Source of the DNA: Psilocybe cubensis
Lineage: Eukaryota
Assembly: GCA_017499595.2 (NCBI GenBank)
Contig: CM039007.1
Location: 2,170,001-2,234,000 of the forward strand
Length of the DNA: 64,000 nt
Reading direction: 5' to 3'
The notes under the pieces: model-generated
Seen by the model: only the letters and a program-made list of their open reading frames with translations
Databases searched by the model: none
What the model was told of the DNA's origin: nothing
In this document: positions 11,825 to 24,199 of the stretch, piece by piece
Position numbering within the stretch: the first letter of the stretch is position 1
Layout of the letters: every line of letters begins with the position of its first letter
Position numbers and translations under genes: made by a program

Positions 11825-14800
11825 ATGATGGAGACCCCTTTGGCAGAAGCAGCTACCCAGGAGACTGCCAGCCTGTCCGATTCCCTACATGACAATCCAG
11901 CCTCTTCCTCAGCTTCAACCCAGGCCCAAGAACTTCAGCCACCAACAGAGAGTGTATATTCTGAGCCAAAGGGCCCCCGAGTACATACCCCTCAAGTTCG
12001 GCTACCTCCAGCGTTCAATAAGTTCATTCTATACGAGAACAGACTCCGGTTCTTCATCATTGCTTCTAACGCTTCTGATTCTCGTCATCGCATTATAAAA
12101 ATCGACCGAACGACACAAGACGAGGAGTTGAATATCATTGAAGATGAAGTCGAGTATACTGGCAAGCAAATGACTGCCATGCTCAAGATGCTTGACGATG
12201 GAAACCGAGCCTCTGGTGGCTTGGGTAAGGCTAAGATGTTCTTTGGTATTGCTGGTCAGTGTTGTTGTATCATGGGAGGTCACATTAAACTGATGGTACG
12301 AACAGGCTTTATCAGGTTTACAGCTGGCTGGTACATGATTTTAATAACCAAACGTTCAGTCGTCGCACTACTGGGTGGCCATTACCTGTATCATTGCGAA
12401 AATTCAGACATTGTCCCTGTGCCTTTTAATCACAAGATAGAAAAACCAGCTGAGGAGCAGCGCCTCATGAATATATTCAAACAAGTGGATATGTCAAAGA
12501 ATTTCTATTTCAGGTACTTTTGTTAGCTCAGAGAAATTGAACAGTGATTTATATTTCCTTCTAGTTACACTTACGACCTTACCTCAACGCTTCAGCATAA
12601 TTTGACTGGCGAAGTGCGTTCGGGAGAGAACGATTGGCCAATCAACGACCGATTTGCTTGGAATTTCCACATGCTTACAGCTCCCTTTTCCAAACAAGCA
12701 ACCCCACCCCTAAATCACTATTGGCTCCTCCCTTTGGTTCATGGTCATGTAGATCAAGCAAGTGAGCCCATTGACCTCAATGCACCAGTGAGATGTATTG
12801 AATAATGTACTTCTTAGAATTGACTGTACTTGGTCGCGTAATCTTTGTCACACTCATTGCACGCAGGTCTCGCCATTTTGCAGGAGCGCGATACCTCAAA
12901 CGAGGCGCCAATGATGAGGTGTGCTCCCGAGATTGTGCTTGTTCTTGTTGTTAACAGCAATTACAGGGAAACGTGGCAAATGAAGTAGAAACGGAACAAA
13001 TTGTATGCGAAGCACTGACGACTCCTTTCTACTACCCTGACCGCGGGAAGGGCGACGCGCATCGTCATAGACGCCCTAGCCCAAATTATACGAGCTATGT
13101 TCAAGTGAGTTACCACGGATACCTCAAGCAACTTTTATATGAACCCTTGAATAGTACAGAGGAAGCATCCCCATCTACTGGACACAAGAAACGACGAGTA
13201 TGAGCCCGAAACCGCCCATTGAAAGTAGGAGACTTTTCGACGTATCTTACTTAATTCGATCCTAATTCATTTCTTCTTAAGTCAGTGTTGTGGACCCGTT
13301 CTACACAGCAGCCTCCCGACATTTCGACGACCTGTTCAAGCGATACGGCGCCCCTATCACGATCCTGAATCTTATCAAGAGACGAGAGCCTGTTCCGCGT
13401 GAATCCAAGTTGCTTGACGAGTATACACAATGTGTACGATATCTCAACCAGTTTTTGCCCCGTGGAAAGAAAATGGTATATCGGGCATGGGATATGTCTC
13501 GAGCGTACAAAGAGTATGTTTTCTTTTATTCTTTTTTGTTTCGACGAGTTGGATCAACTGACAGCTGTATAGGAAGACGCAGGATGTGATCAGCTACCTG
13601 GAAGATATAGCAGAAGAGTCGATTCAGATGACCAAATTTTTCCATTCAGGACCGGAACCATACTCTCACTATTTGAATAGCGAAGGAGAGTGAGTACAAA
13701 TTGCTTTATGCGCATTCCTTTTTGCTGACGTTACTCTCAGAGAAGCTAAAGCTTCCTGGCGGGGTACCATATCCTTGCAAAATGGTATCTGCAGAACAAA
13801 TTGCGTGGACTGTCTCGACCGGACGAACGCTGCTCAATTTGTCTTTGGAAAGCGGGCGCTGGGACATCAGCTGTATGCTCTTGGAGTCGTGGACAGCCCC
13901 AATTTGGCATTTGATTCGGATGCAGTGAATATGTTGACCGAGATGTATCACGATCATGGGGATAGTAAGTTGTAAACTTTGTTTCTGTGTGACTGTGTTT
14001 TACTCATGCTGTATATAGCTATTGCTTTGCAGTACACTGGAAGCGCGCTCGTGAACAGGGTGGAGACATATAGAAGGATGCCTCACTGGAATAGTCATTC
14101 TCGGGATATCATCGAGAACATCCGACGGTTCTACACAAATTCATTGCTAGGCATGGCTTCATCAAGCTGCAGAATACAAAATTCTAACTTCCCTGTTATC
14201 CAGATGCTGACAAGCAAACCGCTATCAACCTCTTCCTTGGGGTGCAAAATGAACGGGCAATAACCCATCCACCGGTGCGCAGCGGCTACCGCAAGTGGTT
14301 CCACGAAGAATATCTCGGGCCCTCCCGCGACGTCAATGATTTCCAGGAGAGTTTGCGCCGATTTGTGCAACAACGGGGTGACTATTGGGTGGAATATTAT
14401 CGCCCTTTATTGTTCACGTCTTTGGGAAAACATTTTGCGTATTCGATGAATAGCACCCTCAAGCTGCCTGGGTAGGCTCTTTTTCGGAATGTTGTCTATT
14501 ATTTGAAGTTGATTAGCTTTCCTTGTCTTTGCTGTGCTGTGTGTAGAAAGACTGCGAAGGATATGAATGTCAGCCCATTCCAACCCCATGGATACCGACC
14601 TGCACAAGGAGATCCTTCGTCTCGGTAAGACACGTCGTTATGTCCCTCGTTTCATGTCTCATCGAGTTTCTGTCCGGATTGTTCTAGGGTGGTACAAGGG
14701 GTGCGGCGCTGGATTGGGTCGCATCATCCTTCACGGGAGATCCTCCGGGCAGGAAAGCCAATCGTGCGACAGGAAGCGAAGAGGCCTCCCCCGAAGCCTC

Positions 14801-15232
14801 AAGTTCAGGACAACAAGTCTACAGAGGCCCTAGCTCTGGCCTCACTTGACCCTGCTGTGCCTGAAAAGGAAGAAAAAGAGTACACAAAGTACGTTTTCTG
14901 ACTTCATTTCATATCACAACTTTTTTGTCTCTTTTTTGTACGGAAATTCGTATCTTTCTGGTTTCTTATACTCCACTTCCAGATACATTGTTCAAATCGA
15001 AGATACACCCGGAATGATACCGTACAACGGGCTAAGTGACCTGAAGCACTATGTGGAGGTTGTACAGATTGCACGAGGTCAACTAGACTATTACCCAGAC
15101 GACGAGACGTGCGATCACTACAGCAAGTATGTGGAACGCAATTCGACAAGGTATCCGGGTGGAAAAGGCAGGGAGGCGTTCCATGTTTCATTTAATTATG
15201 GCCGTTGGTTGGATGGCTGGCAGGAGATGTAG
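11825..15232 (+). CDS. FIG4: Polyphosphoinositide (PI(3,5)P2) 5-phosphatase, Sac domain, multi-exon
   Basis: '[29 protein letters not shown]', 'VDMSKNFYF', '[15 protein letters not shown]', '[10 protein letters not shown]', catalytic CX5R '[17 protein letters not shown]' and 'MYHDHGD..ALQYTGS'. Confidence 0.95.
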
Positions 15233-15422
15233 GTTGTATAGAGATGCATGTTATAGAAACATGGCGATGGATGTACGATTAAGACAGTAATAGTAACTAA
15301 CGACACAGCAATGATATAGCACGTTATGGTATATTTTTCACATAATGATAGGTATAATAAATAAGTGTGTATGCATGTATGTAGCTTTACAACAGCAAGG
15401 GTGACGCCGATATTTTAGATGC

Positions 15423-17512
15423 TTAGGCAGCTTTTGACTTCACTTTTCTTGCATCCGTGAAGGAAGCAACGAGATCCCGCCCCGTGCTTCGCCACCACGT
15501 GAACAGACATAGGAGTCCGAGTGCCCCACCGAGTGCAATGTGTATAAGGACAGGTGGGCTCAGGAGGAGTGCAAGCTTTCCTCCCGGAAGAGAATTTGAC
15601 CTTGAGCTTACGCTGATGTCGAGCCCAAGACGCCTGGCGCTGAGCCGGATGACCACCGCAGAGATCGCGAGGACTGTTAGGAGGGAGAGGGGTGGAAGTG
15701 TGGTTCGCCAGTTGAATAGCTGCGCTTGTGTCTGGCTTGAAGGACTAGGTGTTACTGATGGTGTGTCATATTTAGAGGTAGGTGTTGATTTTGAGGCTGC
15801 TATAGAAGCAGACTCCTGAGCGTCGAAAAAGCGTGAGGCAAATCTGAGTGTGTACACGATGCGTGCAGACAGGTTGAGGATGTTGGCGTACACAAGTGCT
15901 GTGTCGCCAAATCCTGTGCGGTAGAGCGTGATAGCGGAGAGGATGTAAAGGAAAGAAAATGCGACCATCCATCTGTTGCGACGGAGAAAGGGATAAAATC
16001 AGCATACCATATTATATAACATAAAAATATGCAGCCGCTTACCTACTCTGCGAGTTTAATTCCTGAGCACTCGCCACGCTTGCCATGAATGCCTCCAAGC
16101 CTCCATTGACCGCCAGAACGGGGATATACCAGACCCACGCAGCGAGGACGCGTGGTGCGCTGGTCGCATGGTACGCGGGAGGGAGAAGCAGCGGGAGGAG
16201 CAAAGGCGCGTATGTGGAGGCGAAGACAAGGAAAATAGAGGAGAGGGTCAGTTGAAGGGAGAGGAGGGTGTGCAGGGTTTTGGATGCGGAACGGAGTGTC
16301 GAGGATGGAAAGGGGGATGAGGATCCAAAATTTTTGGAGAAGAATACACGAACAGTTTCTTCGATTGGCTGGAATACGATGCGGGCGATCAGAGAACCTA
16401 TTTTTCGGATCGCATTGTTAGTATTAATTGACTCATGATCGTCCGGAGAACACGAATTACACGGGAAGATAGATACGTACCATAATTAACAGCAATAGCG
16501 TAGCCACCCTGATCCTGCAGAGGACTGAAGTACGACAGAACGAGCTTGTCGCCTTCGGTGAGAACGTGTTTGACGAGAGATTGTAGCGTCATCGTGTAGG
16601 AGAGGCGCAGCGTTTCAGTGTCGATGTAGTTAAATAGCGTGGATCTAGACCTGCGTACATTGTGGATGATATGAGAATTTGAGCATCTCAGAATGTATTG
16701 GTTTGACATACCTTGATTCTGAAGATGTCTGTGTTTTAGGAATCAAGCGGCCCGGTCCAAAATACACTGCGTATACCCCAAGTAAGACGAGAGCGTATGC
16801 TAACTGGCCAAATGCGAATGCGGGAAGAGCTAATGATCCGCTCCCTGTGGTTGCGTCATAGAACAGGACGAGAAAGGTGGTGATGCTTTTTGCGGTGATA
16901 CCAAGTCCTTCTGCGCGTAAACGAACGCCAGTCTTGAGCTCCGTCATGGCACTGTATTCACGTGGGTATGACGAATATAAAAGAAGAGGAATAGGAAGCA
17001 ACGATGCATTACAGAGGAATAAAAACCAACGATTTAGCACAGACACTTTCACAGAACAAGAAGCAACAAAGAAGACTGACGAACACATTATAGAAGGGCT
17101 CGCTCAACAACTCGACAACTGCTGCACCTGCATATAGTGCGACCGCTGTCTTAAAATGGGGTTGCGCACGTATTTCTTGACTAGCCGTGTATGTGGTGTA
17201 TAGTAGTGTTGTGAACAGGGCAAGCGGAATGCCAGCGATGAGGGGAAGGAAAGCCAGGTTCATAGTCGTGCTTGGGTCTGTCCTTTTAATTTTCTCTTTA
17301 TTTGATGCATTCCCGCGACGCAACAGTGCACCGCGCACACCTTCGCGCGAAAGAAATAGGATGGTTCCGAGGAGGAGTTCAAGCTGAATCGAAGCAGCAC
17401 CAAATGCAGCAGGTGACGCTAGCCGGAAAAGGGCTTGGTTCAGTAGGAAAGTGGCACCACGCGAGAGCAGCTGGAGAGCCATTAATGAGGAGACCAGAGA
17501 TGACGATGACAT
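15423..17512 (-). CDS. RFT1: Oligosaccharide translocation protein Rft1, multi-exon
   Basis: 'LQLLSRGATFLLNQ', 'QLELLLGTILFLSREGVR', 'ELLSEPFY', 'QSLVKHVLTEGDK', 'QGGYAIAVNYG..ARIVFQPIEE' and 'ANILNLSARI'. Confidence 0.95.
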
Positions 17513-17780
17513 AGCGGTAGTCTAAGTCGCGAAGGATGCCCGGGACCTGCACAAGTCTTATTATTGATTGTCATGGACACCGATGCGATGTATACACGTA
17601 CTTCGACACGCTAATATCACACTTTGACGAGTTTCACGAGTCCACGGGAAAGAGGAAAAAGACAAGGTAATCACAACTTCACATAAGAGCGTAACGTAAG
17701 GATGAGTGGGCAGTGCGGAGTTCAAACTGACAAACAGCATCGATCTCAATGTCGTTTACACAGGAAGGAAATGAAGGTGC

Positions 17781-20140
17781 ATGGCAGTCCCCCCCGCAAG
17801 TCGAGGTACTTCAAGACGATCATTGCCTTATTACAATCTGCTAATGTTAAGCAGAACCAACCAAACACAGGGTCCTATTCAGATTTGCCTGGCAACAAGT
17901 TATGGGATGTTCAAGATCCGTTCAAATACTCCCCGCCTAAACCTGAAGGAGATCTATGGACACTGCTGTTGGACCCATTGATCAAGAAGGACAAGGCTCA
18001 ATGCGAGGCCTGGAAGGACGAAGTACATAACTTGCTCATTTTTGTGAGTAATATCTCCGAGTAGTTGTAAAGGTTATATGATTTTGTCTTTCTTAGGCTG
18101 GATTGTTCTCTGCGGTTGTTACCGCTTTCATTGTTGAATCGTACAAGAACCTGCAGGCAGATCCTAGTGATACCATTGTCGCCCTTCTTTCTCAGATAGC
18201 ATTGCAAACGAGTAGGGCACCCAATGCAACTGCAGTCAAATTGGAGCCTGCAGACTCTTTTGTACCCACCCAGTCCTCTATTCGGGTCAATGTCTTCTGG
18301 TTTCTCAGTCTCGTCCTCAGCTTAGCTACAGTCGTCGTTGGTATTGTCTCTTTACAATGGCTAAGGGAGCATCAATCATATGAGTCCGACCTCTCGCCAC
18401 AGGAAAAATATGCGTTATTCAACATGCGAGCCGATGGATTGAAAGCCTGGCATGTTGACAAAATCTTCACCTCCTTGCCTCTATTGCTACAGTCTGCCCT
18501 GGTCCTATTTCTAGGAGGAATTGTTGACTTTCTCCATGCTATTGGATATTGGGCTGTGACCGTTCCCGTTATGGTTGCGATTTCCTTCGTCCTGATGTTT
18601 CTCATTGCCACTACACTTCTCCCTTGCCTTCAAGTGATATATCTTTCCACCTGTATCCCCTTCATTACCAGACAAACCTCGAAACGTATTGATCCCCCAA
18701 GTCAATGTCCATATAAATCACCTCAATCCCAAGCCATACGACGAATTTTCACATTTCTACATCGCACAAATACGCTCTATCATCTGCGGAAATTTTTTCT
18801 CATTGCTAAACGGCTATTAAAGCATATTTTGGCGGGATATCCTGGCCGTTTTAAACTTGGTTACGGTTACAATAATACCGTTACGGAGTGTCTTCGCATG
18901 GCTTTCCAAACGCAATGGTGGACGCACTTTGATGTAGCCTGGCTGAGCATACGTGATGCGTACATGCGACGCTCATTTGAGCGAGAGTTGTATTTCCTTC
19001 GTCCTGAAGACCAGGAGGTGTTACCTATTCATGACGCCGTAGCAGGATTGCTTTTGCAGCGTGACCAAAAATCAACAGCTCACCTTGCATATCACTGTTT
19101 TGACAAGATATCGCTGATGAGTGTTCCACGTTTTTGTTATTATCAAGAAACATATCTACACAGCCTTTTAACAAATGCTTTGGGCCTCGCTGGTGATACA
19201 AGTTTATCGGACTTCCTATGTCTGCCTGATACCTCCTCCCCCCCTGACCCAATTTACCTCAGTATTCTTCGCCAGCAAAACCTCTTACTCTTTATTGGAG
19301 GTCACACGAGCCCTGAAGGTGTACCATCATACGCAGCACATAAATTCGAGCTTTATATCCGTTTGGTAAAATATTTTCACGAAGAGAATAAACATCACCG
19401 CGCTGAGATTGGGGACCAAAAAATTTCGTGGTGTTTAACCATTCGACAAGATTTCCGTTATATTGTTTCTCGCAATATGGATCCTGAAGCCTTTATTGGT
19501 AAGCTTATTCGGATTTAGGTTGTTTTGTTAGAAAGATCACTGAAGATTACATGACTTAGACATTGTATGGCAGCTGGGAAACATTTCACTCTTAACGTTG
19601 CAACAGCTGGAGTCAAATATCAGAATGTACAGCGCACCTGCTGTATTCATTCAGCATTATGACTTGGCTCAGCTTATGTACTGGGTAGCCTGGGTCACAA
19701 TGTGGGTCAAATTACCCAAGGATGAGGTCGAGACTATGCGGACAAACCGCTGCACACCGACAAATCACCAACAAATTTTTGCGTCGATCATGTTATATCT
19801 CGAAGACCAGATGACCAGCAACATTCCAGTTTTGACCATATCAGCCGGGTCACCTAACAGTGAAAACTGGCGGTCTTCAAGTTCATGCTTTTTTTTCTAC
19901 TTGGCTGTGCTATATTGCGACGGGCTTAAATCTCTTAATCCTTATTACTACCAAAAGTTACTCACTCTGGTGCTGAAATACAAGAAGCTCACGATAGACC
20001 GTGGTCTATCCGATCCGGATATTGAAGCAGCACTGCGCTCTTGCCGCTCAACGGTCACCGATCCAGCCCTTTTCTCCAAAAAGTGGTGGGACAATTTTAC
20101 AAATCGAGCATCTATTGTAGTCGTTGCGGAGAACAATTGA
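17781..20140 (+). CDS. DUF6535-type N-terminal multi-TM protein, copy 1 of a tandem pair
   Basis: 'DKAQCEAWKDEVHNLLIF/AGLFSAVVTAFIVESYKNLQADP..SIRVNVFWFLSLVLSL..LQWLREH..LPLLLQSALVLFLGG..CPYKSPQS' matches the agaricomycete DUF6535 pattern. Introns at ~17806, ~18043 and ~19499. The start is inferred. Confidence 0.8.
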
Positions 20141-20382
20141 TCAGGTTCAGATTAAGTATCATTCCTCAATATGTTATTTGTATTTTTTGGCTGTGTTGTA
20201 ATCACAGCAGTAGATAGGGGTATTTCATGCTTTGATTACTGTTGCCATAAATAGTAAGTGGTCAGTGCGGAGTCTAAATACAGCTCATGTGGTTGGTCAA
20301 ACAGTGGTCAAATGGAATTAAAGTGAGTCGTTCGGTAGTATCAACCCTCAATCAAGGTTCAATTCAGGAGGCAAACAATAGT

Positions 20383-22793
20383 ATGGACCACTCTCCGTCA
20401 CAGGTTAAGGTAATTATGGCACACCTCCTTGTTGAAACTTGGTAAAATATTCTATTGTTAAGCAGAGTCAATCAACCGCTGCTGGATCCGACTCCCAACC
20501 AGATTTGCCCCCCGGCAAGTTATGGGATATTCAAGATCCATTCAGATACGCCCCGCCTAAACCTGAAGGGGATTTGTGGGCTCTGCTGTTAGACCCATTG
20601 ATCAAGAAGGACAGGGCTCAATGCGAGGCATGGAAAGATGAAGTGCAGAACTTGCTCATTTTTGTGAGTATTATGTCTGAGCAGCGGAAATGATTACATG
20701 ACTGTGTCTTGCTTAGGCTGGACTTTTCTCTGCGGTTGTTACCACCTTCATTGCGAAATCGTATAAGAACCTACAGGCGGATCCCAATGACACTATTATT
20801 GCCCTTCTTTCTCAGATAGCATTGCAAGCGGAACGGTCTCTCAATTCAACTGCGGTTAGACTGGAGCCTGAAAACCCATTTGTGCCTACCCAGTCCTCTA
20901 TTCGGGTTAACGTCTTCTGGTTTCTCAGTCTTGTCCTTAGCTTGGCCACAGTTGTCATTGGTATTGTCTCTTTACAGTGGCTACGCGGACACCAGTCATA
21001 CGAGCCGGACCTTTCTCCACGAACAAAATATGCGCTATTCAACATGCGAGCTGATGGATTAAAAGCCTGGCACGTTGATAAAATTTTCACCTCTTTGCCA
21101 CTACTGCTACAGTTCGCCCTGGTCCTCTTTCTTGGAGGGATTATTGACTTTCTTCATGCTATTGGATATTGGTCTGTGACAATCCCGGTTGGGATTGCAA
21201 TATCCTTCATTTTGATGTTCCTTATTGCCACCACCGTTCTCCCTTGTCTTCAAGTGATATCTCTTTCCTTCTTTATTTCATCTCAAACTAGAAAGAATTC
21301 CAAACGGATTTATCCCCCAAGTCAATGTCCGTATAAATCACCACAGTCCGAAGCCATGCGACGGATCTTCACATTCCTACATCGCACAGATGTACTCGAT
21401 CACCTACCAGAATTCTTACCCACTGTTAAACGGCTATTAAGAAATCTTTTTGGGGGAGATTCTCACTCTTTCAACCCTCTTAATGGTCCAGATTACTTCA
21501 ATCCATTTACAATATACCTCCGGAAGGCTTTCCAAGCTCAATGGTGGTTGCACTTTGATTTAGCCTGGTTGAGCATTCATGATGCGTACATGCGACACTC
21601 ATTTGACCAGCAAATATATTCCCTTGGTCACGAAGACAATCTCACATTTCCCATTCACGATGCCGTAGCAGGATTGCTTTCACAGCGTGACCAAAAACCA
21701 AACGCACACTTGGCATATCACTGTTTTGATGAGATAGCGCTGATGACTATTCCAAATTGGCGTTATCATCAAGAAATGTATTTGCACAGACTTTTAGTGA
21801 ATTCTTTGGGCCTTGTTGAGGATACGAGCTTGGCTGTTTTTCTCCGCATGCCCATAATCCGCCCCTCAGAGTCCGCCTCAATTTACCTTGGCATCCTTCG
21901 TCAACAGAACCTCTTACTCTTTGTTTCTAGAACCCATAAAAGCTCTGGTTCACGTGTACCGTCATACCTACAACATAGGTTTGAACTTTATATCCGGCTG
22001 GTAGGGTATTTCCATGAAGAGAATAAACGCTGCCATACCAGAATTGGGGAACGCACAATCCCGTGGTGTTTAACCGTCCCAAAAGAGTTCTACTATACAT
22101 TCCATTTCGATTTGGATAGTTTGGGGTATGAAGCAATGTCTGGTAAGATTTTTTTTTTCAGATTCAAGTTATTATTGGACAAGATCGTTGTTGAAGAGCT
22201 CACATACTACCTTTCTAGAGGTTTTGTGGCAGTTCGGAAATATCGTGTTGTCTACGTTGCAAGACCTGGAGTCAAATGGGCACATGTATAGCTGCCCTGC
22301 TGTGTTCATTCAGCATTACGACTTGGTCATTATGATATATTGGGCAAGCCAGTTCACAAAGTTTCTCAACCCTCCAACCCAGGATATGATCAACGCTGTA
22401 AGGACAAAGGGCTATGCACCAGCAAGCTACAAGGAACTTTTTTTATCAATCATGGTTTATCTCGAAGACCAAATGTCCACCCATATTCAAGCTTTGACCA
22501 CTGGCATGTCGGCCGAGTCATCCGACAGTGAAATCCGCCCATGCCTCCTTTTCTACTTGGCTGCGCTACATTGCAGGTACTGTTCAAGATGGAATGAGTC
22601 ATGCAAAAATTTAGTCAATGTGGTGTTTGAATACAAGGCGCTCACTTTGGATCGTGGTCTGTCCAACCCAGATATCGAAGCGGCACTGCGCTCTATTGCC
22701 GACTCGACTCGGAGGGACAATTCCGTCCTTTTCTCCAACTTGTGGTGGCACGAATTGAAGCCTTTTGACCTGTGTGCTGTGTCGCACTCTTAG
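20383..22793 (+). CDS. DUF6535-type protein, copy 2 (paralog of 17781-20140)
   Basis: Same exon structure and near-identical N-terminal motifs ('DRAQCEAWKDEVQNLLIF', 'SIRVNVFWFLSLVLSL', 'CPYKSPQS'). The C-terminus is diverged but alignable ('TLDRGLSNPDIEAALRS'). Confidence 0.8.
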
Positions 22794-23015
22794 TCTTGGG
22801 ATCGGGAAATCTATTGTCAATCTCGACACGGATTCATTCGGCCTTTTATAATCAAAACGGTTGCACCATCTAGTAGTAACGGATAGCATATATCCACCGT
22901 TTGCAATCCTTCAAGTTGTAATTATGGATTTTATTCTTTGTATACAGTCTTCCTTTTTTTGTTTTGACCCCTAGAGACAACACAACTTGTTGCTACCGAG
23001 GCAATCGTGAGCAAT

Positions 23016-24160
23016 AGGGGAGGTCAGAGTGGACGACTCAGCGACACGATTCAGAAACGATTCTGGTCATCAAAAGCGTGGGAAGACGCTGAGTCGCCTC
23101 AGAATCGGAATCGCTAAATCGATTCTGTGCCGCTTCAGAATCACGATTCTGCCTCTATGAATTCAGTCTTAAAGGGTTTGTTCCTTTTACAATCTGTAGT
23201 TTCTGAAGAAATTTGAAAGCCTATTAAGGATGTTTCCACTATATGTGTTGAAAACATTGAATTGATCAGAATCCTCAGCTCCCTTTTCTTTGTGCTTTCA
23301 GAATACAGAAAGAAAGTGAATACAGGAAATAGGGGAGGTCAGAGTGGACGATTCAGAGGCGATTCTGATACGATTCAGGTCAGGATTCATGACTGATTCT
23401 GGGATCAAAATTTGCTTCCAAAGCTCGATTCACTCTGACTCCCCCCCATGGATGGAATTCGCTTCACTCACAATTCATGTTTCCAATTCAGCAGAATAGC
23501 AAATGTTTGTTTCTGCAATTTTCAAATTACATGGCATGCATAGTGATGCATAGTCCTTTTCATTTAATTGAAGTATTGAATATGATATATTTGCTTCTGA
23601 GACCAGTATATTTCCTGTATTCACTCAATTTCCGTGTTCTGAAAGCACAAAGAGAAGGGAGTATTCTGATCAATTCAGTGTTTTCAACATCAACATATAT
23701 AGTGGAAACATCTTTAAGAGGCTTTCAAATTGCTTCAGAAACTACAGATTCTAAGAGGAACAAAATTATTTAAGACTGAATTCATAGAGGCAGAATCGAT
23801 TCAGCGATTCTGATTCTGAGGCGATTCAGCGTCTTCCCACGCTTCTGATGACCTGAATCGCCTCTGAATTGCGTCGCTGAATCGCCACTAAATTGTCCAC
23901 TCTGACCTCCAATATATTGGTCTCAGCAGCAAAATATCATACTCAATACTTCAATTAAATGAAAAGGGCTATGCATCACTATGCATGCCATGTCAGTTGA
24001 AAATTGCAGAAACAAACTTTGCTATTTTGCTGAATCAGAAACGTGATACATGAGTAAAGCAAATTTTATCCAGGGGGGGTCAGAGTGAATCGCGCTCCGA
24101 CTGAATCCTGACCTGAATCGTGTCAGAATCGCCTCTTAATCGTCGACTCTGAGCTCCCCT
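23016..24160. mobile_element. Non-autonomous MITE (outer copy, ~560 bp) split by a second copy
   Basis: Left TIR AGGGGAGGTCAGAGTGGACGA at 23016; right TIR TCGTCGACTCTGAGCTCCCCT ending 24160. Flanks AAT/GAT. Many subterminal GATTC/GAATC motifs. No coding capacity. Confidence 0.8.
23331..23910. mobile_element. MITE (inner copy, 580 bp) of the same family, opposite orientation
   Basis: Starts AGGGGAGGTCAGAGTGGACGA at 23331 and ends GTCCACTCTGACCTCC at 23910, flanked by AAT on both sides. Its two halves are reverse complements of 23911-24160 and 23016-23330. Confidence 0.85.
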
Positions 24161-24199
24161 GATATATACCCCATTTGGTCATTCGCTTTCCGTTTTAAG

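Noticed and set aside
23016..24160. Recurrent GATTC/GAATC motifs suggesting a CRISPR-like or satellite array
   Set aside because: Irregular spacing, eukaryotic context and no cas genes; better explained as MITE subterminal repeats.
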